This document shows positions 1 to 14,184 of a stretch of 64,000 nucleotides of DNA, one piece after another (positions within the stretch are counted from its first letter, which is position 1; each line of letters opens with the position of its first letter). Origin of the DNA: Gordius albopunctatus (lineage: Eukaryota); NCBI GenBank assembly GCA_964276515.1, contig OZ193909.1:8990001-9054000 (forward strand), written 5' to 3'. The notes beneath the pieces are model-generated. The model was not told the origin of the DNA. It saw only the letters and a program-made list of their open reading frames with translations, and did not search any database. The position numbers were made by a program, and so were the translations under genes.

Positions 1-546
1 TTCAAATGGTCCAAAAATCTAAATACAACTTTGATTAAATTGCTTATAAGAATTTACTTGAGTTTACTGTGTGTGTGAAGTGGAATTGAAAAATATGCTA
101 CTAAACTAAAACAGATTTAACTAAATGTTTATTTTAATTTACAAATATGTGTAACTAATCTGAATTAAAAATATGACAACTGAAATTTCAAAGTTAAATA
201 TTAGTTTAATCTTGAATGTTTTTAAGTGTTAGAAAATAGTGAAGTAAAATTGCTAAATATAGGTTACCAGTACCACGAGGAAGATATGAAATTATATATG
301 ATTAAATAATTCCTAAATTTTATGTTAAAAGCATTAATTTTTTAGGGGAATTTATCAAGTGCCATCTCTAATTTTGTCTATATGTATAATAGTTGTTATT
401 AGGCACCATTTTTATACTATTTAATAACAAGAGGATTCAGACTTGCTTTAAAGCAACACTTAATTTAAAGTTTTTATAAATATTTTAAGAATGACATAAG
501 TTGATTTTGCAAATTATATCTATCATTTATAATTTCAATATTTTAG

Positions 547-716
547 CTTCGGATGAGGATCAAGAAGCAACCGAAATGCTTGTTGGAAATGCTCAAAATT
601 TAATGCAAAGTGTTAAAGACACAGTGAAAGCAGCAGAAGCCGCTTCGATTAAAATACGCACTGATTCTGGGTACACTTTAAGGTGGCTTCGGAAAAAACC
701 TTGGTATCAGTATTAA
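547..716 (+). CDS. VCL: Vinculin, final coding exon (upstream exons lie outside the window)
   Basis: After acceptor ttttag (541-546) the frame reads [55 protein letters not shown], the characteristic vinculin tail C-terminus; AATAAA at 969-974. Confidence 0.95.
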
Positions 717-1084
717 GCTATCTACAAGGGTATCAATTAAACTTAACGTAAATAACTATGGCAATACTAAAAAGAATTTCGAACCAGATTGACCCATTGT
801 TAAAAATAGCTCGTTTTTGCTATTGATATATTTCATTTTTTATATTTCATAATATGTTATTCAAATTGTGTTAAATTATTTCTTTTATCTGTCACCTCAT
901 TGAACGCCAGCTTTTAAACACTTTCATAAATCTATTAATTACCCTACTTAATTAAATTTTGCATATAAAATAAACATTAAAGATCGTATCTAATTGTGTA
1001 TCGCACATACAATAGTTATCATGTTTATTTAATATGAGGGTTACCCTGTATTTGGTTTACGATAAATTTCTTCAATCTAGATCG

Positions 1085-1230
1085 CGTAAGAATCATATTA
1101 TGACTTATCTTCTTAGTTTTCATAACTCTGACCACTTGCTATCTCAAGGTAACACGAGGTCATCCTCTCTTCTCCGACACCTCCATGTCTAATACTTTTC
1201 AATTTACATCATTCATCTCCCTTCTTTTTC
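1085..1230 (-). mobile_element. Degenerate RTE LINE 3' fragment
   Basis: cacgaggtcatcctctcttctccgacacctccatgtctaa resembles the 3' end of RTE copies at 47860-47910 and 61760-61810. Confidence 0.55.
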
Positions 1231-1269
1231 AAATTTGATTTTATTTGAAATTATAAACACGATTAAAAC

Positions 1270-2560
1270 AGATATGTAAATTAATGCTCGAAGGTATAGC
1301 TAGTATTATCCGTGAGAAGTGGTCAGCTATGGGCCAGGGATATGAAATTATATTTAGCGATTAGAATGTCGATTTTTTATTTAACCAAAAAGTTAGGAAT
1401 TATTTGGAAATTGGGCAACCACTATCAATTTGTTAAAAAGTTTGATCTTACCTGGTCCAAAAGTCCCTGATCCCTTTGAAGGGCTAGACTATTTTGCAGT
1501 ATTTGAGAGTTGGGCCGTCGTGCCATTTTCTTCCAACGAAGGGTCGGAAGGTTCTCAGACCGTACATTGGCTTTTTAAAGGCAGTTTGGATAAGTGAATG
1601 GATTTTGTCGTGCTTAATATATTTGTATTTGTTAAATAAGCAATATAGGGCCTTATATATATATATCCATCGGTTAGAGCAATTGCGGCAGGGGACCTCT
1701 TTTAAGATAGTCCCACTCTAAGGGCTATAGAGTATGAGAGCTTCTGATCATCCAATATCAATCCAGAAAAATTAACTTTAGCCGCTCATGACCCCATCCA
1801 TTAAATACCAAAGATTTTAGGTTGAAGTGCTGGTCGTCATCGCAGCTTAATATGAGATAATAAACCGAGCGCAATACGAGGCCAGTATCCCAATTCTTTT
1901 GTCTTGAGGGTATGGAAATGGGGTCTTGGGTTGACGTTGGTAGACCAAAAAACTCAAGCTAGTTCGAAGAAACGGTCATCACCCGGTGTTATAAGTCTGT
2001 TGATTAGGTCATGGATGTCAATGAGATAGGAGCAGCTTGGAGCAAGGATGAAATGTTTATTTTTAAATTAAGTATTGTTTCCAAAGAGCCTCTTATAAAC
2101 TATCGTGGCTCTTTAAATTTTCGGAAAGCAGCCGAGGAACGCAAGCAACGTTGTCGAAAATTTTAAAAAGATTTTTAATGTTAAAAATGCAGGATGTTTG
2201 GGAAGGGTTATAAGAATAATTTTTAGAATAAGAATAGATTAATATTAAAAAAAAATATATTACGGCCTGGTTACCTCTTGGAGAGGACAGGTGGGTAAAA
2301 TTATTCATTTGGAAAAAGTTAGATGTCCGGGCACTGAAATATGTCTCATCTGGATATATTCAATTTAAGATTTAAAACGGGTTTAAAATTGCGGATTAAC
2401 TCTATTGCCCTGGAATTATTTCGGGGAGGGCCACAAAGGGAAGCAAAGCAATTTAAGAAAGTGATGGAATTAAATTTATCATCCCTAGGCAAAACAAAGG
2501 TGAACCTAAAGGGGTACCCTGTTGTGTTTCAACTTGAGTCTTCTTGATATACAACCGTAA
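1270..2560 (-). mobile_element. Decayed CRE-type (restriction-like endonuclease) non-LTR retrotransposon
   Basis: Minus strand, mixed frames: QQGTPLGSPLFCLGMINLIPSLS (RT QQGDPLGP motif), LNLKLNIS, LDDQKLSYSIALRVGL, CRNC..ALYC..KHDKIHSLIQTAFKK (CCHC knuckle + RHD-like), EPSDPSLEENG, RIILAI. Many stops and frameshifts. Confidence 0.65.
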
Positions 2561-2562
2561 CC

Positions 2563-3300
2563 TAAAACCAGGGTCGGGGAAAGGAGGTGCAGGAGAGAAG
2601 GGAGAACGAAACGAATCTATACTCCATATAAACGTAGCATATCTGCTATGCAATTTATGGGCGAGAAAGGTGGGAAGGGGCGAGAATTCCTATAGGGGGG
2701 TATGAAATGCAAAATGATTAGTTAATTGTTTATACAAATATTTAAAAAGGTAAATTTTTGTAAAACCTGCTATTATTGAGGAATAGGTTTTCTTTCATTC
2801 ATTCTAATTTATCAAATTCTAAATTAATCAAAAGGACGAAAGGAACGCAAATAGAGGGTATGAACTTGGAAAAGCCAATATTCATCCTTCCAAAACATAC
2901 AACTTTCAATTTAGAGTTTTTTTGATACTGTATAAATTTAAACAATTTGGTGTAGGCGACCCATAATTTGAATTATGACTTTAGACTCTATTCAAATCAT
3001 GCGCATATGCATAGTATAAACCAGATATTCAAAAAACGAAAAAAATTTCCTATCAGACTTTGGCCATTGGTCATTTTTTGCCAGTGGTCATTTATTCTAA
3101 TGGTTAGCAGACAGCCAAATAACTAGCCTATAAATATAATCTAGAAAAAAAACCGATTTTAATCTCACTTTGGCCAGTGGTCATTTTTTTTATTGGTCAG
3201 TATCCAGCAAATGGCCAAATAGCCTATATTTAAAAAATAGAAAAAAAAACTGCTACACTTTGGCCAATGCTCATTTTTTTAATTGGTCAGTAGCCAATAC
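2563..3300 (-). mobile_element. Truncated copy of the DINE-1/HINE-like (Helentron-associated) family
   Basis: Shares tatactcc.tataaacgtagcat..gctatgcaatttatgggcgagaaaggtgggaagggg and the tggccattggtcattttt repeats with copies at 23572, 34508, 35313 and 43506. Confidence 0.75.
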
Positions 3301-3827
3301 ACATTCAAAAAGGATATAAATACAATACATAAGTAGAGTTGTTAAATTGTTAACTTTAGCAATGCTAAGGCTAACTATGTGCTATGTTCGAGCACGAACA
3401 CTAGCTATGTAATATGTTAGTTTAACACAATGAGTGCTAGCTGTTCGGTGCAATAGTTTTAATAGTAGCACGTGAAAATGCTCGAGAGGTTAGTCGAAGC
3501 AACCCAATCTGTTAAAAAATTTAGCAGGAGCTCGAGCAGTAAATTCGAGCAGATAGTAGATTGAATTGCTATTTGTTAAAATTACAATTTTAATCATATT
3601 ATATATCATAAATAAATTAATAAGTTTGACCCCCCCCCTTATTTTTTACCCTCTTTCTCGCCATTGGGGAAGGGGTGTTTTGCCCCCCCCCATTTGTTTA
3701 CCCTCTTTTTCACTGGTGCCCACGTTTATATTTTTGCGCCGCCCAGTGTAAAATTTTTTGAATTGTTTGGCTTTATTAAGCAAGCAAAGAAGCCAATAAA
3801 AATTTTACAAAAATTTGTTTGGGTGAA

Positions 3828-3940
3828 CTGGGCGGAGCCAGGGGGGGCAGGAATGGGCGGCTGCCCCCTTCTAAATCCAAAAATTTGTTGAAATTTTCAA
3901 AAAATTATCATTTTGCCCCTCCCTGCTAGCTACGCCCATG
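3828..3940. mobile_element. hAT-type MITE (CATGGGCGTAGCC family)
   Basis: Ends ctgggcggagcc / gctacgcccatg; body homologous to 10154-10321. Confidence 0.6.
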
Positions 3941-5138
3941 TACCTATCGTGTTAATCTTTTAAAAAATTTAAAAATTGGAGTGAAAAATAATTATAGTTG
4001 ATTAATCTATATGTTATAGTTATATTTGTTTAATTTGCTAAATTTAAAAATCAAAAAATTAAGATTATAAAGAGGTTAGGTTTGGCCAATGTAAACTTTA
4101 AAAACAATCTAAAAGTTTACATTTTTGCGATTTGCGTTATCATTAAGTTTAAAAAATGATTTAGTCCGAATAGTTTAAGTTTGCTTCTTTTCGTCGTGAT
4201 TTAGGGTTTGATTCTTATTCTAATTCAATTAGCTGGTTGAATAATCAAGAGGTAAACACTTAAAACGTTTGACTAAGATAACAAATCTGATAGTATTTTA
4301 AAAATAAATTTCATTTGTTTCCAAAGACATTTATAAATATTAATTATAACACATAGAATTGCACTCAGATTGAAAAATGTTAAAATATGATTAAATTTTA
4401 TTAACTAACGCCTCGCAATCGTTTGCGAAAATAAATGGAATCTGATGATGTCAAGTATAGCAAATCACAAGAAGAGAAAATGCTCAATTTATAAATTTTC
4501 AACAATAAAGTAACGTATTTTAATTGAAGAAAAAAAGAAAATCACTATTTATATTTTAAAAAAATTATAAAAATATTCAAAGTAGACATCAATTTACTGT
4601 TTGATATTATCGAATAAACCAATTGGTTCTATCGCTTAAGCTTAATTAACAAGATCACTTATTTCTATCAGTTGTTGCTTTTTTTAAATTCAGCTAAAGT
4701 ATGCCGAGCTAGTTCTAAATGAGTGCTGGGAAAATGAAGTATAAAGCAATATAAAATTATGTATTGAGCGTATTTACTTTAACGCCTTCACATAATATAT
4801 CATTTATTTGCATGATAAATAGGAAATGTTAGTCCTCATACATTTTGATCTATTTTAATTTAGTTGGGCCGCTATTTCCAGACATGGAGACCTTTCAGCA
4901 AAAAGGTGCTCAAACTTTTTAAACACCATCCCCCCCTACCCCTATTAAAAGATCTTTGTAGTTTATGCGTTTTTTAAATATTAACATTTAGATCAATGAT
5001 ATTAAATCGAAATATATTTAAACAACGTAAAAATAGGAATGCACATAGAAAATTTGTGCAAAAAATTGGGATTATTTATATTATAAGTATATTACTAATA
5101 AATAGATTGACAAAATTAAAGTCAATTAAGATAAAAAA

Positions 5139-8100
5139 TTATGGTGTTTGAATGTTTGAGGCAATTGTCAAGTTGGTTGATGGCGATATAGGAGTGTTGG
5201 GTTGACTTACAATAGTTTTCCCATCATTAAAGTTGAAAAATCTTTTTTGTTTCTCACCTTTGCGCCATAAAATAATTTCCTAAAATTTTATAGATTGAAG
5301 TAATAATCACCACTCACTTGTTGCTTAAAATATCTTCTTTCCTCCTCGTCTACCAAAACAAGGTTTAGATAATATCGAACGGAAAACTTTTTGTTAATGT
5401 CTCGCATGGTAGGTGTCAAATCATACCCACTCAAGAACAGACGTATTGGAATTGATTCGCCTTTAAATAAAAATATATATAGTATTAATTTACAATTAAT
5501 TATTATTATTCAAAAATTGTAAATTGATAACATTAATCACTTATTATACTTTAAAAGTCCGCCATACACTTGCTAGCTCTAACTTACCACACTCTTTATT
5601 AACTATAAAAACAACAAAAAAATATTCGACATGTTTTTCGACTTTATATACCCTCTAAAACCATAATAAAACTTAGTTATAATGTGATAAATTTAAAACA
5701 GACTGAAAATATTAATATAGCCTTTCCCTAAGCTTTTAAGGAATAAGTTTTCTGGGATATAAATAAAAAGGGTCTTATTATAAGTTTAATCAATAGTTTA
5801 AGAAAAAGTACAGCAGTTAGATAAAAAAGAATTAATGTAAATAAAAATTAACGCAGGAAGCGTTAAAGAGGACTTAATGTAGTCTAATGATAAATTATTA
5901 TCTAATTCAAAAAAATGCTCTGAATGAATAAAATACTCTGCCATTTATTTTAGTAGTAGAAACTAGATCAACAATCCAAGGGCAGGTTTAAAATAATGAT
6001 TAAAAATGGTGAAGTATTTCAAATATTAAGAATAACTATTCCCTATCGAACAAAAACATCACCTTTCCCTATTTCTTTCCGACCAATGTCTTTCTATATA
6101 CAATTGTTAGAATAACCCTTTAAAAACGTAATTGATGATACCTTAAACGTTTACGATGTTGATTGCGCAAAAAATAATTAAATAACAACACATACGGTGC
6201 TAATTAAACATAAGAATAGAGGCTATTACGTAGCAAATGTTTAGCAAATTTTATCCAAACTTAAACATTAAAGAATATTAAATCAAAACGCAGGTGCCCA
6301 CATGCGGTAAGCATTATGCTAAATTACTTAATCATATAATATGTTTTATTAATTTTCACCAAAAAAATATATACTGAGAACTCAATACACCTTTAAGCTA
6401 GCAAGATGGCATTAATCCGTGTATGAAAATCGTGTTAGATTTAACGATATTTAAATTAAATACTTTAACTTTTCTAAAGGCATAAATTTTATGATTAGAG
6501 TCAAGTGCCAAGCTCCATTGCCTAGTTCTATATCAGGTCTTAACTAAGAAATATAAATCCAAACTAATTGAATCATTGTTAAAACGATTTGTTAACAATA
6601 ACTTTTTTAAATATAATACTTTATAAACCTCGAACAGGAGCACCATCCATAATTTCATACTTTGCAACAGTTTCGTTGTCAATATAAGTGTTTTGACCTA
6701 AAATTTATCTTACTTTAAATAAATGTCATATGAACCTGATCCCGTTGTTTCTTTTTTAAGAATAGCAAGCTCCATATATTTAATTTTTATCCTCACCAGC
6801 AAAAAATAAATTTTGCCAACAATCGCATCCTTTAAATGGTATCTATAATGAAAAAAAGTATTGCGATGATAATGAACATGTTTAATTAAACAAGAGGTAT
6901 CGCCTAACATTTTAGTTTAAGGGAAGAATTTAAAATTACAATGGTGGCTTTTAAGTAATCACTTCATCGTTAACGCCTATAGAACGCCAACTAAAACAGA
7001 GAGCATTCCAACATTTAGAATTAAGGGACTTACAAAATACTAAGATGACCAAAATTTAAATTTATATTAATAGTTGAATTACTGAAATAAAATAATTTTT
7101 TATAGTTTGAATTACTAACCTTAATATCTATTTCATACACCCAAATTTGGTCATAAACAATTAAATGAATTCGTTTTTAAAATAATAATTTATAGGCTTT
7201 ATCGTTTTATTTAAATAAAGCCCTAAGCCTCCAAATTATTATATATAGTATAATTCATATGATAATGCTTTAACTTTCCATATTAATTGCTATATTTTAA
7301 AGTGATAAATAACACTATTAAAGGCAGTACTTCCTAGAAGTATAAATAAACTAAGTTCCGCATATGTTTTAATACTTTGCATTCTGTTATAAAAAAGACT
7401 CTGCTTTAAGATTTTGTTAACAAATCCTTATAAGTTCAACCTATTTAAATATATATTTATTGATAAGAAATCAATAATGGGTTAAAAAATATACTGAACG
7501 GGTATATTCACGATGGAAGCTACTGACTAATTTTTACATGGATGCGTCTGCATATTGTATAGGCTTATATTTTTTTACGATATATCTCATTGAAAAGGAT
7601 AGAATAAATATTTGAAATTGATTTAAATTGGATTGTAAATGAGGCAATTTTAAAAGGGGTTGGTAAACCCGACTTCAGAAACAGACCAGGAAAACGTAAT
7701 CGATTCAGGAAAGAGCAAAGAACAAATATTAATGGGTGGAGAAAAAGGTTGGTTGAAATTTTTTGATGACTAATATTTTTGATTAATACACATAAGAAAA
7801 AATTGAATTGAAGTATTACATACAAATTTTACCTCTGTCTCTGTCCCTTATCTAAAATGGTAAACTAAAAAGCCAAAATTAATAAATAATTTTGATGAGC
7901 AAATAAAAATCACCTAATAAAAAAAGTGCCGACTTTTTTTGTTACCTAATATTCTTTAAAGAGATTTATAATCTACGATTTATAGTGTTGTTTATTTAGC
8001 TCTTCAATTAAGATTATATTAAAAAAAGAACATGAATGCTGCCTAAAACGATAAAAATGAACAATATGTGGGATGACTAGCTAACACGATATGATAGATA

Positions 8101-10036
8101 GCGAAGTATGTTATAGAGGAAAGTAAATGGGGCGAACATATAGAAAAGAAACGTGGTGTTGGAATGAAGACGTGCAACGCTTATTCAAGTTGAAAAGAAA
8201 TCTCTATAAAATAAAGTCATGCAATAGGAATAAAACAAGATTGGCATATCTTAAAAATGAAAACAAAACGTTGTGACCAGGGCCAAAACAGATGTTTATG
8301 TTAATCTAAACGCCAAATTGAATATAAAGAAGGCGAAAAAATCATATAAAAAATTGCAAAGAACGGTCGTAAACAAACCATTAAAAACAAAAAGGCAAAA
8401 CTCAAAATCTGGACTAACAAATTAAACAACGGAGATCGCACACGAAATTTGTTTCGTTTTTTGCGCTTCGCACGTAGGACCATTACGAAAGCGTAACGAT
8501 GAATTCACCCAGGGCAAGAAGTCGAAGCGGGATGAAAGTCATTTGGCACATTGTATAAAGAAGGTGCAAGTCGAGAGTGAGCAAAAATAATTAGACTTAA
8601 GCTGAGAAGCCAAGCTAGTGATAAAGATATCCATGTGTGACAAACAGCTATAGAAAAAAACTTTATATATTCCTTTGAAACCTTTTTAAATGTCCTATAT
8701 TTAAATTTTACAAAACATAAAAACATTTAAGGTTCATTTAAAGTATGAAAGAAAACAAATAGTTTACTTCTTGCTTAACAATGCCTCATAAATTACATGG
8801 GTAAAAGCTATAACTTTAATAATTACTTTGATTTATTGTATTCAAATTCAATATGTAAACAATCTTCAATGCCAACTTCCATTTTAATACTTGGAGTGTT
8901 TTCTTGATACAGAGAAAGAGTGTGTACCAAAATATCTTGTTCTTTAATTATATCCCTGAGTCTTCTTTCTATAGTGACCCTTAGAACATATCTAATGATA
9001 GGAATTAAAAATGACAACTAAATAATTATGAAACAATGAAATTAAAATAATAAGGATGCAGTGCAGTTTTAAATTTAATAAACATAATTGTTATATAATA
9101 ATTATTATTATAGGGAGGGGGGAGGGTATTGTCACAATGAACAAACATGCTCTTATTCCCTCAATTTTAGGTGATTTGTGTGACCATAATTGATATTAAG
9201 ATTAAGATAAGTATTAAAGGTAATTCAAACTAATAACTTATATAAAATAGTTACTCAATAAAAACTAAAAAGTCAATGTTTAGGTATCATAAAAATACAA
9301 AAATGTATCAATTAGGACCTTAGTCGAACATTAACTCCCATATAGGATTCATATGGCTTTTCAACATGTAAAAATTCAAAGTCATAGCTAGTATTTTGAG
9401 TTAATTCGGATGGCCTAGATAATTCTTTAATAAGTGATATAAATTCTTGATGACCTCCTCTATCATAGAAAAGCTCTGAGTTTATAATATATTTATAGAT
9501 AGGATAACATCAATGTCATAAAATTATAATAGTGTATAATAATTTTAATGATTTATTTGTATGTTAAAATTAACATTCTTTGGTTACTAAAGAAATTACA
9601 AAAGAAAAAAGAAAATATTTAGAAAACTTTAAATCATGAAGGTATATCTGAAATTTGAATAATAAATAAATATACAATTGTAATTAAATATATTTTAAAA
9701 AATGGTATAATAATGTCTGAGATTAATGGAAACAAGGTTACCTATTAGGCCAATAAACTCAATTTTGATTCCATGATGTTCTAGCTTTGTTCCAGGTCTT
9801 TTTAAGGTTATATTTACCTATTGTAAAATAATAATACTACAAGTGTCTTACTCTCCCGGATATAGATTCCCCATCATAAAATATATAGTATCTAGCTTTT
9901 TTACCATCATTTTTAACTTCAGTACATCGACGATTCTCAACATTATCAAGTACAATATCAATTTCGGCGCCTTGTCCTATACCTAAAAGGCTTTGCTAAA
10001 GTCACTTAAGATGATAATAAAATAATCGTTTACCAT
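5139..10036 (-). CDS. VPS26: Vacuolar protein sorting 26 (retromer subunit), 9 exons, 334 aa
   Basis: Exons (minus): 10034-10036 (ATG), 9852-9995, 9742-9817, 9319-9475, 8827-8991, 6736-6842, 6629-6697, 5318-5460, 5139-5279; all GT-AG, phases consistent, 1005 nt. Motifs [88 protein letters not shown]. Confidence 0.97.
8040..8390 (+). mobile_element. Degenerate internal RTE fragment in a VPS26 intron
   Basis: aaagaaacgtggtgttggaatgaagacgtgcaa = KETWCWNEDVQ (RTE linker WWWN motif) and aaagaaggcgaaaaaatcatataaaaaattgcaaag, matching the intact RTE around 49380-49620. Confidence 0.55.
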
Positions 10037-10153
10037 TTATGAATCTATAAATCTATTGAGACAACTTCAAGCTTTTAACATATGATAAGATTAAAGACAA
10101 AGGTGCGAATTTCTAAATAAAGTGGCCAGTGTGTTCCAAACAGTATCCATATA

Positions 10154-10321
10154 AATGGGCGTAACCAGGGGGGGGCAGGGAAAGGTGGCTACTACCCTTT
10201 AAATCCAAAAACGTGTTGAAATTTATTAAAATTATGGCTAAAATTTAACAAAATGTTTATCTTGCCCCTCCCTAAATGGTTATTACCCCCCTATCTAATT
10301 CCAATGCTGGCTACGCCCATG
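10154..10321. mobile_element. hAT-type MITE about 120 bp upstream of the VPS26 ATG
   Basis: TIRs aatgggcgtaacc / ggctacgcccatg, flanked by near-identical 8-mers tccatata / ttcatata. Confidence 0.75.
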
Positions 10322-12201
10322 TTCATATATATTGTGCAACTTGGGATAAAATTTAAAAAAAAATAAAAAAATTGTATAAAATAGTGTTATTTTATGTTAG
10401 GAAAAGGGTAGGCATTGAAGCTTTTACCTAATATGATTCTAAAAAAGTCGACTATATTTAAAATATATGAGCAATATAAAATGTATTTGCAAATTTTTTG
10501 AGAGTGACAATTCTTTTTTAAAAATGAATTGTTATTTTCTACATTTATAATAACACTTTAATCAAGGAATGTTATTTTATTGTACATTTTTGTTAGATAT
10601 AAAGATATAGTATATATTAGTGTAAATAGAAATAATAATGTTTGCCTATAAAGTATAAAAAGATAGACCCCAGAGACTATTTATAAAGAATTTTAAACCC
10701 TCCCTTCCCCCTTAGGCAATCCTGCCTACGCCACTGTTACTATCATGTTATATTAAACGTTTGGGCTATTTCCTACGATATATTATGTCAAAATAAATGT
10801 TTTAAGGGTGAAAGCCATAAACTATAATCTTCATGATATTTAATCCGACAGATACCACTATCGGTTGGGCAGAACCATTTTCTAAAAAATATTTGGGAGT
10901 ATCTCAAAATGCTATAGATGTCTAAACAATATTAAAGTTCTAGAATAATTGCTTAATTCCGGAAATAAAGGGGTAAGGCAACAAGTTACTCTGAGAAACA
11001 TAAAAAAAGTGATTTTCAAATTATTAAATGACTAAGATAAGTGAAAAAAAGTATTGAATTATATTGGAACGATGATCAACAATAAATTTATGGTCTTAAA
11101 TTACATTATGGGCATAAAACTATGGTTGCAAAGCTGCATACCAAGCAGCGCCGTCGATTTCACTTTTTTTGTTGATAACCGTTTATTGCGTCTCTGACCT
11201 TAAAAAATCTAAGATTTTAAGTTCATTTAGGAATTCGGCCGTATTTTTAACAATAGTTTTGTACAATTCATTTTTTAAAACTGCAGCATTTAATGACTTC
11301 TTTGTTAAGACTGACAGGCATTCTAGTTAGCGACATCCACACAAAATAATGTGAAGCACCAATTTCTGTCCTAGAAGATACTTTTGTGGCATCAACATAT
11401 AGTCTTATTACATAACTTTGAGAATTTGAAAGTTGCTAAGTTTCTTTGACGGTGCTGTTTTAATAACTGTTTATTTTTATTTTACGCCAGCAAAATCTGC
11501 TTTCAATCTCGCAGCCCCGTGCCGTATGAAGATATCCAAAACACCGACCCTTCTATCAATTCCGCCACCCAGGGGAGATTCAACTGCTATAAATACGAAA
11601 TCTCATTTTCAATTATTAATATTTGTACTTTTCCCTAATCATTGTATTTTTCCCCAATTATTTTAATTTTTGCGATTATCATACTTTCTTCCATCGCGAA
11701 CCCCTTATATTGTAAACCTACCTTTTTTGTTGTAAATAGTTATCACTTAAAATATAAATAAAGTCTCAATCGGTGTTATATGTATAAATTAGTAATCGGA
11801 TAATTTGTAAAGTTTTAACTACAACGCGCCCCCTTTCAGTCCTCTTTACAAGCGATTACACTATCGTGAATAGATGGACGTTTAAGCAACTCGATTTTAA
11901 AAATTAATATTTGCCCTTTATAAACGAATTTCCTCAATTGGTCTATCGCCCAAAGGATCTACAACCAATCAAGTATATTATATTTGGAAAGCATGCTAAT
12001 AACTCTAGTTTTATATTTATTTATGTTATAAACGCTTTATCAGGTTGAAAAAATTTATCTTAGGCATATAATATATGAAGCTATTCTTAGTTGCTGCATA
12101 TTTATTTTCTTAAATAGTTTAGATTAAATGCTTTGTAATAAGTTAATATTAATTTGCAATATTTAATAATTATTTATAATAGATATTATTATATTATAAT
12201 A

Positions 12202-14184
12202 CTAGCTGAGCCCGGCCAAGCGTTGCTTTGGCTTAGTCCCTAATTAGTTAAATAATTAGAACAAATTAATTTGTAAGAGAGTTTATGATGTGGAAAAATA
12301 TAATGCTATATTATGTAAATATATATTATATAGTTTAATAATAGAAAAAGGCATATTTATTAATGATTTAATAGATTTACACACGGTTTAAATATTTATT
12401 AGGTATTTTATAATGTTATAGGTTAAAAAGTGCGATGTTTAGTTATAATATGCATAATTGGATCTGGGTGACAAAAAATTATAAACCACTGCTATAAAAG
12501 TCACTGATAATGTTCGAAAATGTAGAAAAAATTCGAGTACAGCGTATATAATAATGTAATGTCATAGCCTAAAATCTAGAGTATCTAAATGAAGATATTA
12601 AAAAACCATTAGGCGCCGCCATGTTATTATTGGCACTATGACCGTTATATGTCCTTGTTAGTTGTTACAATGCTATAAAATTTGCTGGAGAAAAGAACGG
12701 CATGTGTTGCGCGTCTGGAAAAGTTAAACTACCTATACTTGGAGAAACCCCCAGTCATTAAAATCTCTCCTTGCTGGTTATTGTGCGGATTCTAGACATT
12801 TATCTAACATTAGGAAATACAACTTCAGCTTCCAAATGACGTCATTTGGCGCAGATATTATTACAACACAATTCATGCCAACCTTTAAAGTAAAAGGCCA
12901 AATTTACCACAAAGCCGGATCCCTCCTTCCAATACCAGATAGGCAACATAAGTTCTTACAAATGTACTTTATCGGGGATAATGAGATTAGATTAAATGCA
13001 CGCCTTGTAATGTCTATTGTTTTACAACTTCAGACGCTTCTTCACGCTAAAAACAATTTAGTGCGCATTTTAAATATGATTTTATTTGTGCTCTCGAAGC
13101 ATTATTCTGTATGAATAATAGCTAAAAATAACTGCATTTCAAGTTTGTCGGTTAACCATTGTCTGTATTTATTAACTTACCGTTAAAGTAATCTTTTTAT
13201 AATTTTAATATTAATAACCGAACTTCATAAAAATAGCAAAAAAGCCAAAGTTTTACCAGTTACTCCGCAAGCATCTAAGAAGAAGACTTCTCCTTAACCT
13301 TTATTAACAGCAACCAAAATCTTATTGTAAAGGGGGGGGGGGAGAAAACGTTTTAAGTTCAATTAGGATGGGGTGGGGGGCAAAATAAAATTTTTTTGAA
13401 TTTTTAAGGGTTTTTGCATTGAATTTTTTTTGTCATTCAAGGGGGAGGGCATAAACCCAAGGGCTATCTACCTAGACTATTGCGTTACGCAGTTGAATGG
13501 TTGCCACGCTACCACCATCCTCTGTTGATCTTATTTTTTATAAAGGATACACATCACTGTCCGTAATCTAACTAATGTAGAGCAGACGTTCCGATTCAAT
13601 TTATTTTAAATATGATTTTCTTCGGGCTCTCAAAGCATTATTCTGTATGAATAATCATATAACTGCATTTCAAGTTTGTCGGTTAACCATTGTCTGCATT
13701 TATCAACTTACCGTTAAAGTAATCTTTTTGTACTTTTAATAATCGAACTTCATAAAAATAGCAAAAAAGCACGAAACGTGGGAATGTTTCTAAAAGCGCG
13801 CGTTATATTTATTTAAGTATATGGTGATGTATTACGGTATCTAGAATATTTATTTGTTACAAATTTATATATTGTAAAAAAAACGGGCGTATTTGAGTAA
13901 AAAATTGAGAAAAATAAGATAAAGCAATAGTGGAAAAAAGTTTAAGGTAATTGGTAGCACCATAACGATAAATAAGTACAAAAAACGTAGTAGGAACAAT
14001 CCGCTAGATGGCGGTATAGACTACCAAAAAACATGGTTCCCGCTGTCGCAGGTTGATAAAAAGTATGTATAAACCTTCTACACTGCTAAGGCAATAATCT
14101 GGCCAAATTTGGTGGCAATCGGTTGAGAACTCTAAAAGTTATTAGCGTACAAAAAAACGGGACTTAGATTTTTATATATATAGA
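12202..14184 (-). mobile_element. Non-autonomous Helitron
   Basis: Minus strand begins A|TCTATATATATAAAA and ends GCCAAAGCAACGCTTGGC (hairpin)..CAGCTAG|T, i.e. inserted in an AT dinucleotide with no TSD; termini shared with copies at 25501 and 30194. Confidence 0.8.
12620..13075 (+). pseudogene. Helitron Rep/helicase N-terminal fragment (frameshifted)
   Basis: VIIGTMTVICP..AIKFAGEKNGMCCASGKVKLP..NIRKYNFSFQMTSFGA..FMPTFKVKGQIYHKAGSLLP..KFLQMYFIGD, the typical Helitron RepHel N-terminal signature. Confidence 0.85.
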
